The notes below the pieces were generated by a model that had not been told where the DNA came from, ran no database searches, and worked only from the letters and a program-made list of their open reading frames with translations. Positions 28,124 through 38,526 of a DNA stretch of 64,000 nucleotides are shown here, in pieces. The first letter of the stretch is position 1. Each line of letters starts with the position of its first letter. Position numbers and translations under genes: made by a program. Source of the DNA: Escherichia phage EO1; sequence record OQ223305.1. The stretch is one strand, 5' to 3'.

Positions 28124-31100
28124 TTAGAATTTAAAATATTTACTAATTTTTCGAGCAATTTTAGTAAAGAAAGGCGTTTTCAATTCTTTAATTTCCTCAC
28201 TCATTTCCTGAATAGCCTTAATTAAAAGAGCATTCACAGCAGAGTTAGAAATTGTCAGAACATCAGATCCATCAACTTCAACTTTAGATACAGCTTCCAG
28301 TAATTCCTTTTCAAGGTCCTGAGCAATAATACCAACTTCACGTTTAATAACACTACGGTCTTTAATAGACTTAACTTTATCGTAAGTATAAACTTTCAGA
28401 CGGCATACTTTTTCAAGTGCTCCGTTTTCTAACTCTTCTTTATTAATCTTAAGACGATCATCAGAACGAATATAAACATCGTTAAAGTTACCATTACCAG
28501 GACAGTAAAAAGTACCATCATGATGGAACTCGAATACAGCTTGAGGATGACCAGCCGCTGGCGAGTTCTCCGCAGATCCAACACGAATGATTGCTTGCCC
28601 CCAATTTTGAGGAACACGACGCATACCAAAATCTACGGCAGTTGTATATCCTTGATTGGTGATTAAACTTCTGCCTTTAATAATTGGATAATAGCTATCC
28701 GGTCCAACATAGCCATGATCGACGAATATCGGAGCTTCTAAGCCCCATTGGTCGTTCCAACCTCCAGATTGACTAGCAGTCCAACGTTCACCATGAACAT
28801 AGAATCGAACGTTATTGACATGAGTCATTTCGATGCCTTTTGGACTTAGCGCGATATCCCCTCCGTTTGTAATGTATATACCGCCTTGCGTAACGTAACT
28901 GTAAAAACCTAGACCATTGTTTGCGCCACCTTTACCAATATACCAATTATTGACCCCGGCCGTATCAGAACGAATAAATGATGAATCACTGGCCAAAGGA
29001 GGATTAAGAACTATTCCAGCAGCATCTTTATTAATCCAAAGAGCGCCGGTCATCGTATCGCCTTCTTTGGCAACACGAGTAGCTATTGCATCACGAATAT
29101 TTGTAGTGTCTCCCGCAGAAGTAAACGTTTTCCAAATATCCGAGAAAATATTACCATTGCGAGCAATAGTAGCTTCACCGCCGCCGACCTGAACGTTATT
29201 GGGGAAATTAACTGTACCATCAGCATTAAATCTTGATGTATGGCCCTGTGATCCATCTTCTTTCAGATGATGTAAAACAAATGTACCCGAATTAATTTCA
29301 GTACCTAAAGACCAAACAGCTTTACTGTTTAAAAACTTCTGTTTAACAATAGGATAATATTTACTTACTGCGTCATCATCGATTTCCTGGAAAATAGGAG
29401 CTGCTTGAACATATTGAATATCATAACCACCAGCGCCTGCGCCGTGACCAGTAAATTTAATATAGCCGTTTGCTGCGAACGTATTGTAACTTGATTGTAA
29501 ATCTGGAATAGTAACTTTACCGGTATCTAAAGCCATACTAAACGGGCGAAGTGGACCGATATCACCATGTTTACCTTCACCATAAGCAGTTGGAATAATA
29601 TGAAGACTACCTTCTGAACGTCTAAAAATGGCTCCATAATCTGCATTCCAAATGCGAAGTGCATTCACAGCCCCAGATGAAATTTCGCCTGTTGTGTGAA
29701 CTCCTCTATTTCCAGCAGTAACACCAGATGATTCAAATGAACCGTTAACGTTCATTTCTATTTCACCGGTAGTAAGTCTTTGAATATAGCTCATCCAGCT
29801 AGTTGCATCGGAAATTTCCATGACATTTTTGCGATTACCTTCGCTAGGATTAGTAAATGTATTACCCCACACAGAAATTGTCATGTTATCCACAGAACTA
29901 CTACCTGTTGTGTTACCTCTAAACATCAGTGTAGAAGCATTATTTCTACCATCGATATTAACAGAACCACCAATAACGTCAATATTGCCTGGAGTAACTA
30001 ACAAACCGCCGTGAGTATTAATGTTTGTAGTGCCCTTGCCGCGGAAATAATGATGATAGTTACCGCCTTGATAATATCCTAAAAGAGTCTGACCATCTCC
30101 AAACGCGTTATTATCATGATATGTAACAACAGTAGCAAGAGCATAATTTTCAGTTGGAGGAGTAGTTAAATCGGTTCCGTTAGTAGAATATCCAGCTACA
30201 AATTTTCTTAGGCTAGTTGTTTCGCTAGGACTAAATAAAAACGTTTTTGTTCCATTATTAACGCTAAAATAATATCCATCTTGATGCCATTTAAATCCAG
30301 TATCATTATCTCCTAAAGCAATACTAGATGGTCCTAATATTGAATAATCTTTATTACCAGGTGTTAAACCAATAGAAATTGAGTGACTTGATTTAATTCC
30401 GCCGCTCCAAGTAAATGACCAAAGATAGGTGTCAAGTCCATCACCTGCATACCAAGTTATTCCATCATTATCTTTAACTTCATGGAAAATACCAGAACCA
30501 ACGGCATTACGCATGACACGAAGATGATTAATAGCAGTAGTGCTTTCAGACAATGGAACATTGTCTGCCATCGAATAGATGTCATAATCACCCGTAGATT
30601 TATTATTAGTAATGACTTTGTTGGTCAGAATTTGTGGAGACGAAATAGATTTCCATGCTGATACTTCAGGTGAAGTAAATAGTCCACTGCCTGAAAATGC
30701 ATAAGTGCTTTCGCTACCAGCGGCGTAGTCTTGAACCCTGATATTAAGTACTTGTGTAGTTAAACCATCATTAGCCGGGGCATAAATGATTCCGCGTTCG
30801 CGACTATTGTTATCGAAAAAACGAACATGCGCTGTACCTGAACTTTTTGTAATAAGTTCTCCGCCTTCAGTCATAATCTGCCCGGCGGCAATAATATCGC
30901 GAGTTACTCGAGCAATACCAGTTAAATTAAAATTACCAGTCTGAGTGAAGACGCCATTTAAAGTATAATCGCCAGTTTGGTTATAATTGCCTGTATGAAT
31001 AACATTCCCGTCAATACTACCGCCTTTAGCAAAACCCAGATCAATAATATTTCCTTGGTCATCTTTAGTAAAAAGTACACGGTCTTTTAAGTTTATAGCC

Positions 31101-31186
31101 AATTCACCTTCGGCTAATACTGAAGCGGCAGGACGTGCTCCTGCAGTTTTGCTTCTTTTAAATTGTATTTGTTTTAAAGTAGCCAT
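28124..31186 (-). CDS. 37: long tail fibre distal subunit gp37 with C-terminal intramolecular-chaperone domain
   Basis: 1020 aa; Gly/Thr/Asn-rich fibre repeats; last ~113 aa carry SDDRLK...GIIAQDLEKELL...LLIKAIQEMSEEIKELK. Confidence 0.9.
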   Translation of the reverse strand: MATLKQIQFKRSKTAGARPAASVLAEGELAINLKDRVLFTKDDQGNIIDLGFAKGGSIDGNVIHTGNYNQTGDYTLNGVFTQTGNFNLTGIARVTRDIIAAGQIMTEGGELITKSSGTAHVRFFDNNSRERGIIYAPANDGLTTQVLNIRVQDYAAGSESTYAFSGSGLFTSPEVSAWKSISSPQILTNKVITNNKSTGDYDIYSMADNVPLSESTTAINHLRVMRNAVGSGIFHEVKDNDGITWYAGDGLDTYLWSFTWSGGIKSSHSISIGLTPGNKDYSILGPSSIALGDNDTGFKWHQDGYYFSVNNGTKTFLFSPSETTSLRKFVAGYSTNGTDLTTPPTENYALATVVTYHDNNAFGDGQTLLGYYQGGNYHHYFRGKGTTNINTHGGLLVTPGNIDVIGGSVNIDGRNNASTLMFRGNTTGSSSVDNMTISVWGNTFTNPSEGNRKNVMEISDATSWMSYIQRLTTGEIEMNVNGSFESSGVTAGNRGVHTTGEISSGAVNALRIWNADYGAIFRRSEGSLHIIPTAYGEGKHGDIGPLRPFSMALDTGKVTIPDLQSSYNTFAANGYIKFTGHGAGAGGYDIQYVQAAPIFQEIDDDAVSKYYPIVKQKFLNSKAVWSLGTEINSGTFVLHHLKEDGSQGHTSRFNADGTVNFPNNVQVGGGEATIARNGNIFSDIWKTFTSAGDTTNIRDAIATRVAKEGDTMTGALWINKDAAGIVLNPPLASDSSFIRSDTAGVNNWYIGKGGANNGLGFYSYVTQGGIYITNGGDIALSPKGIEMTHVNNVRFYVHGERWTASQSGGWNDQWGLEAPIFVDHGYVGPDSYYPIIKGRSLITNQGYTTAVDFGMRRVPQNWGQAIIRVGSAENSPAAGHPQAVFEFHHDGTFYCPGNGNFNDVYIRSDDRLKINKEELENGALEKVCRLKVYTYDKVKSIKDRSVIKREVGIIAQDLEKELLEAVSKVEVDGSDVLTISNSAVNALLIKAIQEMSEEIKELKTPFFTKIARKISKYFKF

Positions 31187-31194
31187 AAGTCCTC

Positions 31195-31851
31195 TTAATA
31201 ATAGCCGAAATCTTGAACAGAATCCTTAATAACAATTTGGTCAAATCGTGGAACATGCGAGGGTTGAGATGCAGGATTCTGTGAAAAAAGGTTTGGCGCA
31301 GTTAAATTTCCTGTCATAGTGTCTCCAGAGCGTAATACCCTAGAGTTTGCGTTTGCGGTAACAATATTTATTGCTCCATCAACATAATCTTTCCGCGTAA
31401 GGTCATAATTATTTACTGGTGATAACGAAGTTACACGGATTTGTGATGCTTCAATTACGCCCTTTGAACTAATATCTCCGTTTCGCGTGTTAATTACTAC
31501 AGTTCTACCTGCTGCCCCTTGTGATGATTTAAAGCCGATACCATACCATGAAACAATATCCATATTTGTAGTATCATATGTGGCATTATCACCAGGACCG
31601 GCAAAAATGCCGTTGTCACCTGACCCAGCACCAGGAACAGTCATTCCTTTATTAAAAATTACTTTATTTAAATAAGTACCACCATTAGCTTTAGAAACGA
31701 AATCGTTATCAGTTGCTTGTGGTTTATTATATTCTGAATATATTTTAAATGATTTATAGAGTACATCGTCACCGGCTGGATTCAATGGAAAATTTCCTTG
31801 ATGCCAAATGACAGAGCCTCCAGTTGTTGAACCTACTTTTAAATCAGCCAT
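31195..31851 (-). CDS. 36: long tail fibre hinge/distal connector gp36
   Basis: 218 aa; between 35 and 37. Confidence 0.8.
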   Translation of the reverse strand: MADLKVGSTTGGSVIWHQGNFPLNPAGDDVLYKSFKIYSEYNKPQATDNDFVSKANGGTYLNKVIFNKGMTVPGAGSGDNGIFAGPGDNATYDTTNMDIVSWYGIGFKSSQGAAGRTVVINTRNGDISSKGVIEASQIRVTSLSPVNNYDLTRKDYVDGAINIVTANANSRVLRSGDTMTGNLTAPNLFSQNPASQPSHVPRFDQIVIKDSVQDFGYY

Positions 31852-31874
31852 TGTATGCCCCTTTATTTTAATAG

Positions 31875-31882
31875 TATTTATA
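31875..31882 (-). promoter_or_regulatory. T4 late promoter (TATAAATA) for gene 36
   Basis: minus strand reads CTTTATAAATACT upstream of gene 36 start. Confidence 0.6.
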
Positions 31883-31890
31883 AAGAAAAA

Positions 31891-31908
31891 GGGAACCCGA
31901 AGGCTCCC
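31891..31908 (-). terminator. terminator hairpin after gene 35
   Basis: minus strand GGGAGCC-TTCG-GGTTCCC followed by TTTTTC. Confidence 0.55.
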
Positions 31909-31913
31909 TCAAT

Positions 31914-33032
31914 TTAAACTTCTCTAAATTCTTGTCCAAACACTTTACCAGTTTTAGACGATGCTTGTGTAGGAAGTACCATTATATCTGGAGGCGAAGC
32001 GGATTCACAGACATAATTAACGCGAATACCATTGACGCCAAATTCTGCAGGTTTTGAAATGCCGCCATTTCTTGATACTTCAGAAAAGCTTAAATTTCTC
32101 ATGCCTCCTTGACCTGCTTGGGCAGTTCTTTGTGCATATATCGTAAATCCTACTGCATTTTCTGGAATAACTACATAATCTTCCTTTAATTCCCATGACC
32201 CAGCTTGTCCAGTAAACTCAGCATGTGTTGAAGAAATATATCCATTCGATTCATCATAAAAACGGATAGATATATTTGTAGTTCCAAGCGCAAGTAAATC
32301 GGCATCAGCATATAGTTGTGCTTTAAGATAAAGAACATCGCCAGGAATTAAATTGTAGTCAGAAAGTTTACTTATCGCGGATGAAGTTGGTAGACGTGCA
32401 ATTTCGTTATTAGTTCCACCAACCGCTGACATAAATTGCTCAACGCTTTCGTATGTTCTTTTAGGAAATCCTGTAGCTCCAACGTCTTCTAAACTATCAA
32501 ATACAACATCTAAAATAGTTTGATAGTCATCTGTGCTTTTTCTATTACTTAGTTTAACATGTTCTAATGCAATAGCTCTTTTAGAAGAAGTGTAAAAAGC
32601 AGCATATGATACGTCAAATCTTGACAATATAGAATCAGATGGAAAAGCAGACGTTCCCGCGGCTCTTAGCCAAGATACTACCTCAGGAGGAAAATTAACC
32701 TTTCCGCTGGTTAATATAGCAACAAGTCTGTTGTTTGAAAAAGAATTCATGAAACTAACAAAAGCAGCTGATGTAGTATCATTTGAAGTCGAAAAAGCAT
32801 ATGACTTACTATCAACTAATGCTCCGGTGGAAGGGTCAAAAACTCTTAAATGAAGGCCTGCGTTAAATGTTTGACTTCCTACAGGATTATCCTGAAATTT
32901 AACATATGGTGGTCCTGCAGTAGAAAGCGGGCAAGAACCCGCTATGCTTATTTTATATCTTACTGAATTGCTTTCCGATAAAAATGGCGTTTGGACGTAT
33001 CCTTGTCCAAACTCTGCCATAAATTTTTCCAT
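31914..33032 (-). CDS. 35: long tail fibre hinge connector gp35
   Basis: 372 aa, same length as T4 gp35; between 34 and 36. Confidence 0.85.
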   Translation of the reverse strand: MEKFMAEFGQGYVQTPFLSESNSVRYKISIAGSCPLSTAGPPYVKFQDNPVGSQTFNAGLHLRVFDPSTGALVDSKSYAFSTSNDTTSAAFVSFMNSFSNNRLVAILTSGKVNFPPEVVSWLRAAGTSAFPSDSILSRFDVSYAAFYTSSKRAIALEHVKLSNRKSTDDYQTILDVVFDSLEDVGATGFPKRTYESVEQFMSAVGGTNNEIARLPTSSAISKLSDYNLIPGDVLYLKAQLYADADLLALGTTNISIRFYDESNGYISSTHAEFTGQAGSWELKEDYVVIPENAVGFTIYAQRTAQAGQGGMRNLSFSEVSRNGGISKPAEFGVNGIRVNYVCESASPPDIMVLPTQASSKTGKVFGQEFREV

Positions 33033-33040
33033 AATACCTC

Positions 33041-36000
33041 TTATTCAACCCATTCAAATTTAACAGTTTTATTCACTGGGTCAGGAATAATGCGAACATT
33101 ACCAATTCGTAAGAAATCACGAATAGTAAGATTACCCATTATAGCATTATCAGATGGTAAAGCACCAATATCAGATGGCTGAGGAGGGTTACCTCCGTCA
33201 AATACCTGAACAAAACTTGACCAAGAGTTTTTGGTTTTCTGCCATGTGCGTGTCCAGCGAGTGGTACGTGCTTCTGGCGTCGTTGGATAAGTAATCCAAT
33301 CTTGGTAAAGCGAATCAAGTGTGTTACCAAACTGAGTCAATGTACCAGGAGATTTAACCTCTTCGCCACGTTCTAGGTATGGAAGTCCAGTCACTTCATT
33401 AGTTTTTTCAACCATTTTAAAATAACCCGGGAACTGGTTATAAGTGGCTGAATCGTTAATATCGATTGACCAGAATCCTACAGTATCAGATGTTGGCGCA
33501 CGGGTATATAAGTCAGATGTTTTAGTACCCTGAGAACGAATTCTCGAGTTAACAGTCAAACCGCCTGAATTTATAGTAGCACCTTTGGCAATGATTAAGC
33601 TTTCGCCAATCGTTACTTGACCAGATGCATTATTAATAGCTAATGGGCGTAATCCATTAAATCCACCAGTCTGATCACCCGATGCAGTAAGCATAAAATT
33701 CGTTACTGACCCGTCATTGCGAACAATAAAACCATAATTTCCGTTAATAGCACGGAAAGCATTTGCGCTTCGAGAAATAATTTCACCAGTTGCAGTGACT
33801 GAATTACCAAATGTTGCTACGCCATTTGCATTCAATGTTCCTGAAGCATTAACATTTATCGGTGTTACTGTACCGTTGATATTAAATGTTATATTTCCGG
33901 CTTTATTGCGCTGAGAATAAAAATGACTAGATGTTTCATCACTAACTTCAAATACGGTAGAACGTGTTGTATCTGATTCCCCACTAAATTGATTCCCCCA
34001 CACTCTAACAGTCATCGTTTGGGCTGGGTTTGTTCCAGTTTGAGGTCCTTTCTCAAAAATCAATTGAGTTGCTGTTCCAGTATTAGAAATAGTTAGTGTA
34101 CTATTTGCTGAAACTGATCCACCAAATGTAGCAGTACTAGATGATACAAGAGGGGCACTCAGATTCGTTTGTTGAGTTAAGGTTAGTGAACCATTAACCG
34201 TCTGCGCAATATCCCTACGAATGAACTGGGATGAATCTAGACCATCCAATAAATTCGTGTCAGCAGCTTTTGCTTTTAATGGCAAATAATTTGCTAATAC
34301 ACGGTTTAATTCGTATGGTGATACTGCATAGCTATTTTTCTCATATGATTCTAATGGCTGTGTTGAACCTACCGTATCATTACCAACGAATGTAATTGAA
34401 CCAGATGAAGTTTTAACAAAGCCTCTTACTGCAGTAGTTGCTGCCCAGGTAGGTTCACTCTGCACAATCCATTTTAAATTTTTTGGAGATACAGCAGTAT
34501 TTGCTGATGTTCCAGTCACAGTTTCAGATTGAGTTGCAACTTTAATAACACCTTCTTGTGATTCGGTAGATTTAGTACCTAAAAGCTTTTTAGGAGTTAT
34601 TAAAACATTATCTAATGTTCCTGCAGCAGCTTCAACTTGTGTAGCTACACGAAGTGTACCACGCTGTGTCTCATTTGCTTCAAGAATATTAAGGGTATAA
34701 TGGTCCCAGAGAGTTCCTGATTCAACTAATCCAGATAGAGCAACAACAGAAGTACGATCAGTACTATTAAATCTGGTTTTAATTTTTAATGGTGTAGAGA
34801 TACGAGTATCGTCGACGCCTGCGTCGAATTCAACTTGTGTAGCAATTTCAGCTATACCACTTAAACTTTCAGTTGCTCTACGGTCATTTAAAGTTTTAGG
34901 AGTGACTGCACGAGTATAATCAGTTCCTGTATTAACTTCACTTTGCGTAGCAATTTCAATTAAACCAATTCTTCCATCAGTTGATGTCTTTTTATGTAAC
35001 GTTTCTGGCGTTACAACAGCATTTGCCCATCCTTCTTGACTCTGTCCAGCAATTACTTCACTTTCAACTGCTAAAATTACTGCACCTTGCTGTGTTGGAG
35101 TAGCTTTATACTGATCCAAAGCTTTAGGTGAAACAACTAAATTATTAGTGTTTTTATTATAAACATTCGTACCATTTAATTCACGGCTAGAAGCTGGAGT
35201 AGCTCCTGCAGTAGATACAAAGGTTACAATACCAGATAATGATTCAGAACCTTGTCGAGCTTGAAGCTTTTTAGGAGTGATGATCGTAGTATCATCAGTA
35301 CCTGTATTAGTTTCTTGCTGCGTAGCAATTTCAGCAACACCTCTACGAGTTTCTGTAGCAGTTCTTTCATTCAGCTTTTTAGGAGTGATGATAAGGTCAT
35401 CTGCAAAAGAGAATGTGGTATCCTGGTTTACTTGCGCAGTTGTTGCTATTCTTGCAATACCTCTACGAGTTTCTGTAGCAGTACGATTAGCTAACGTTTC
35501 TGGAGTAATTGCCAGTTCTTTTTGCGGAGAATTTTCTAGATCAGCATTAGCTTGAGCCTGTGTAGCTAAAGCAATTACGCCTAATCTTGCTCTAGTAGAA
35601 TTATTTAAAGAGTCTACTCTTTCTACAGTTGGAACGTTTTGCTGTACAACCCAATATTTTCCATCGGAATCTTCGATATAAGCAAGCTGTAAAACTGGAA
35701 CATAATTGGTTTCGCCATTAAAAACTAATTCTTGAACAGTCACCCATTTAGTTTCAGGTGGGTATTCTGAACGTTTTGGAAATTGCAGCAATTGAACTGA
35801 AGAAGCAATTTTATCTTCACCGGCAGCTTTGATTTTAACTGTTTGTCCTTTTCTCATATAATTCATGGAAATCTTAACAGTATCACCGATAGAAATATCA
35901 GTTGGAAGCTGAAGTTCAATTGTTTGGGTTGTTCCATTATTCGCGCCAAATACCATGACTTCTTCATTTGGACGAATATTAGAATTAGTCGTTATAATGC

Positions 36001-36910
36001 GTAAACGTGCTTTACTATCCCCGTCAAACAATCTCCACAATTTCTCATTATCATCAAACATTAAGAAACCATCAATAGATGTACGGCCTTCAATGGAATG
36101 AGTTCCAACTTCTTGTACTGAAGTTGTTTCATCATATGTGGTAACAATTGTGTGATAAAGTGGATTTAATTTATCTAAATCAACAAAATTAATAATATCC
36201 CCATGATTAGCAAATCTAGGAAGTTTAATATTAATTGCTGAAGCAGAAGTAAATCTACGTACGATAAAATCGTTAGATTGCGCCTGATAAAGACTTGCCG
36301 GTGTTACAATTGCAGCTTCTCTGCTATAATCAGCAACGTACATTTGCCACAGACGATTACTAAAAATTAAAACTATCTGCGATTTTGGATGAGTCATTAG
36401 TACTGATCGTACTTGCTGACCTCTAAAATTTACAATGCTTTGCACCGGAGCTGTAATTAAAACTTGGTTAACTCCAGGTTTTCCTCCAATGTCTTGGAGA
36501 ACGATAGTATCTCCATCAATTGGGGAAGATGGTAAAGTAAATGTAATGTCATTACCAGCTGCAGTATCAACTGAAATTGATTCGCCTGACTTTAATTGAT
36601 AAGGTCCTGATGAAACAGTTGTCCAATTAGCATCAGTACGTAATGCTCTCCAGCGTACGCTATTAAAAGCTCCTGCTGGTTTTGGAATATCATTTATAGC
36701 AGCCCAAAAGCGGTTATCATAAATGATTACAAAATCTTTTAAATATCCACGAGTTGGATCGTATTGTTGAACTGTGTTTTCTTGAATTAAGTAATCAACG
36801 TTGACACCGTCAGTTCCTACGGTACGATCAGCTAAAGCTACGTTGATTATTTTATCGCCACCTGCGTCCAGACCATCTTCTGCTCTGAACTTTCTTTTAA
36901 TCTCGGCCAT
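33041..36910 (-). CDS. 34: long tail fibre proximal subunit gp34
   Basis: 1289 aa, same length as T4 gp34; N-terminus MAEIKRKFRAEDGLDAGGDKIINVALADRTVGTDGVNVDYLIQ. Confidence 0.92.
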   Translation of the reverse strand: MAEIKRKFRAEDGLDAGGDKIINVALADRTVGTDGVNVDYLIQENTVQQYDPTRGYLKDFVIIYDNRFWAAINDIPKPAGAFNSVRWRALRTDANWTTVSSGPYQLKSGESISVDTAAGNDITFTLPSSPIDGDTIVLQDIGGKPGVNQVLITAPVQSIVNFRGQQVRSVLMTHPKSQIVLIFSNRLWQMYVADYSREAAIVTPASLYQAQSNDFIVRRFTSASAINIKLPRFANHGDIINFVDLDKLNPLYHTIVTTYDETTSVQEVGTHSIEGRTSIDGFLMFDDNEKLWRLFDGDSKARLRIITTNSNIRPNEEVMVFGANNGTTQTIELQLPTDISIGDTVKISMNYMRKGQTVKIKAAGEDKIASSVQLLQFPKRSEYPPETKWVTVQELVFNGETNYVPVLQLAYIEDSDGKYWVVQQNVPTVERVDSLNNSTRARLGVIALATQAQANADLENSPQKELAITPETLANRTATETRRGIARIATTAQVNQDTTFSFADDLIITPKKLNERTATETRRGVAEIATQQETNTGTDDTTIITPKKLQARQGSESLSGIVTFVSTAGATPASSRELNGTNVYNKNTNNLVVSPKALDQYKATPTQQGAVILAVESEVIAGQSQEGWANAVVTPETLHKKTSTDGRIGLIEIATQSEVNTGTDYTRAVTPKTLNDRRATESLSGIAEIATQVEFDAGVDDTRISTPLKIKTRFNSTDRTSVVALSGLVESGTLWDHYTLNILEANETQRGTLRVATQVEAAAGTLDNVLITPKKLLGTKSTESQEGVIKVATQSETVTGTSANTAVSPKNLKWIVQSEPTWAATTAVRGFVKTSSGSITFVGNDTVGSTQPLESYEKNSYAVSPYELNRVLANYLPLKAKAADTNLLDGLDSSQFIRRDIAQTVNGSLTLTQQTNLSAPLVSSSTATFGGSVSANSTLTISNTGTATQLIFEKGPQTGTNPAQTMTVRVWGNQFSGESDTTRSTVFEVSDETSSHFYSQRNKAGNITFNINGTVTPINVNASGTLNANGVATFGNSVTATGEIISRSANAFRAINGNYGFIVRNDGSVTNFMLTASGDQTGGFNGLRPLAINNASGQVTIGESLIIAKGATINSGGLTVNSRIRSQGTKTSDLYTRAPTSDTVGFWSIDINDSATYNQFPGYFKMVEKTNEVTGLPYLERGEEVKSPGTLTQFGNTLDSLYQDWITYPTTPEARTTRWTRTWQKTKNSWSSFVQVFDGGNPPQPSDIGALPSDNAIMGNLTIRDFLRIGNVRIIPDPVNKTVKFEWVE

Positions 36911-36944
36911 TCTCCCGGGCTCCTATTGTGTTTTCAATAATAAG

Positions 36945-36952
36945 TATTTATA
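36945..36952 (-). promoter_or_regulatory. T4 late promoter (TATAAATA) for gene 34
   Basis: minus strand reads AAGTATAAATACTT about 35 nt upstream of gene 34 ATG. Confidence 0.6.
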
Positions 36953-36955
36953 CTT

Positions 36956-36985
36956 GTTTACTTTAAGATTTGGATAGTATATAAT
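36956..36985 (+). promoter_or_regulatory. T4-type early promoter for rnh
   Basis: GTTTAC 36956-36961, 18-bp spacer, TATAAT 36980-36985. Confidence 0.6.
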
Positions 36986-37014
36986 AGAAATCTCACTAAT
37001 TGAACGAGGTTCAT

Positions 37015-37932
37015 ATGGATTTAGAAATGATGCTGGATGAAGATTACAAAGAAGGAATTTGCTTTATTGACTTTAGTCAAATTGCGCTTTCAACTGCTTT
37101 GGTAAACTTTCCAGATAAAGAAAAAATTAATTTATCAATGGTTCGTCATTTGATATTGAACTCAATTAAGTTTAATGTCAAAAAAGCAAAAACTCTTGGA
37201 TACACTAAAATTGTACTGTGTATTGATAATGCGAAATCTGGATATTGGCGTCGTGATTTCGCGTATTATTATAAGAAAAACCGTGGAAAAGCACGAGAAG
37301 AATCTACTTGGGACTGGGAAGGTTATTTTGAATCCAGTCATAAAGTTATAGATGAATTGAAAGCTTATATGCCATACATTGTTATGGATATCGATAAGTA
37401 TGAAGCAGATGACCACATTGCTGTTCTTGTTAAAAAGTTCTCTTTAGAAGGACACAAGATTTTAATCATTTCATCTGATGGTGACTTTACTCAACTTCAC
37501 AAATATCCAAATGTTAAGCAATGGTCACCGATGCACAAGAAATGGGTTAAAATTAAAAGCGGTTCTGCTGAAATTGACTGTATGACTAAAATCCTTAAAG
37601 GCGATAAAAAGGATAACGTTGCTTCAGTTAAAGTACGATCTGACTTTTGGTTTACCAAAGTTGAAGGTGAACGAACTCCTTCAATGAAAACTTCAATCGT
37701 TGAAGCTATTGCTAATGACCGTGAGCAAGCTAAGGTGCTTCTCACAGAATCTGAATATAATCGTTATAAAGAAAATTTAGTTCTAATTGATTTTGATTAT
37801 ATTCCTGATAATATTGCTTCAAACATTGTGAATTACTATAATTCATATAAATTACCACCGCGTGGCAAAATTTATTCATATTTTGTAAAAGCGGGTCTTT
37901 CTAAATTAACTAATAGCATTAATGAATTTTGA
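37015..37932 (+). CDS. rnh: RNase H (5'-3' exonuclease, FEN family)
   Basis: 305 aa from ATG 37015; MDLEMMLDEDYKEGICFIDFSQIAL recognised as T4 RNase H; acidic motifs DIDKYEADDHIAVL, SSDGDF. Confidence 0.9.
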   Translation: MDLEMMLDEDYKEGICFIDFSQIALSTALVNFPDKEKINLSMVRHLILNSIKFNVKKAKTLGYTKIVLCIDNAKSGYWRRDFAYYYKKNRGKAREESTWDWEGYFESSHKVIDELKAYMPYIVMDIDKYEADDHIAVLVKKFSLEGHKILIISSDGDFTQLHKYPNVKQWSPMHKKWVKIKSGSAEIDCMTKILKGDKKDNVASVKVRSDFWFTKVEGERTPSMKTSIVEAIANDREQAKVLLTESEYNRYKENLVLIDFDYIPDNIASNIVNYYNSYKLPPRGKIYSYFVKAGLSKLTNSINEF

Positions 37933-37940
37933 GGTGAATA

Positions 37941-38210
37941 ATGGCTAAAAAAGAAATGGTTGAATTTGATGAAGCTATCCATGGCGAAGACTTGGCTAAA
38001 TTTATTAAAGAAGCATCTGATCATAAACTGAAAATTTCCGGTTATAATGAATTGATTAAAGATATTCGAATTCGTGCCAAAGATGAACTTGGTGTTGATG
38101 GCAAGATGTTTAATCGTCTATTAGCTTTGTATCATAAAGATAATCGTGATGTGTTTGAAGCTGAAACTGAAGAGGTAGTTGAACTTTATGACACAGTTTT
38201 CTCTAAATGA
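37941..38210 (+). CDS. dsbA: dsDNA-binding protein DsbA
   Basis: 89 aa; between rnh and 33. Confidence 0.75.
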   Translation: MAKKEMVEFDEAIHGEDLAKFIKEASDHKLKISGYNELIKDIRIRAKDELGVDGKMFNRLLALYHKDNRDVFEAETEEVVELYDTVFSK

Positions 38211-38526
38211 TATTCGTCCGGTCGATGAGACCGGTCTTTCAGAAAAAGAACTTTCAATTAAGAAAGAAAAGGATGAAATAGCAAAGCTTCTTGATCGTCA
38301 AGAAAATGGATTTATTATTGAAAAGATGGTAGAAGAATTTGGAATGAGTTATCTTGAAGCTACGACAGCATTCTTGGAAGAAAACTCTATTCCTGAAACT
38401 CAATTTGCTAAATTTATTCCTTCGGGTATAATTGAAAAAATTCAGTCAGAAGCTATTGACGAAAATCTTTTACGTCCTTCTGTTGTTCGTTGTGAAAAAA
38501 CTAATACATTAGATTTTCTGCTATGA
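38188..38526 (+). CDS. 33: late-transcription coactivator gp33
   Basis: 112 aa from ATG 38188; between dsbA and 59. Confidence 0.75.
   Translation: MTQFSLNDIRPVDETGLSEKELSIKKEKDEIAKLLDRQENGFIIEKMVEEFGMSYLEATTAFLEENSIPETQFAKFIPSGIIEKIQSEAIDENLLRPSVVRCEKTNTLDFLL

Noticed and set aside
28429-36910. Short ORFs in other frames or on the plus strand within tail-fibre genes 34-37 (for example 28917-29192, 29780-30014, 31487-31675, 35252-35555)
   Set aside because: Fully embedded in long, well-supported tail-fibre genes; no independent RBS.
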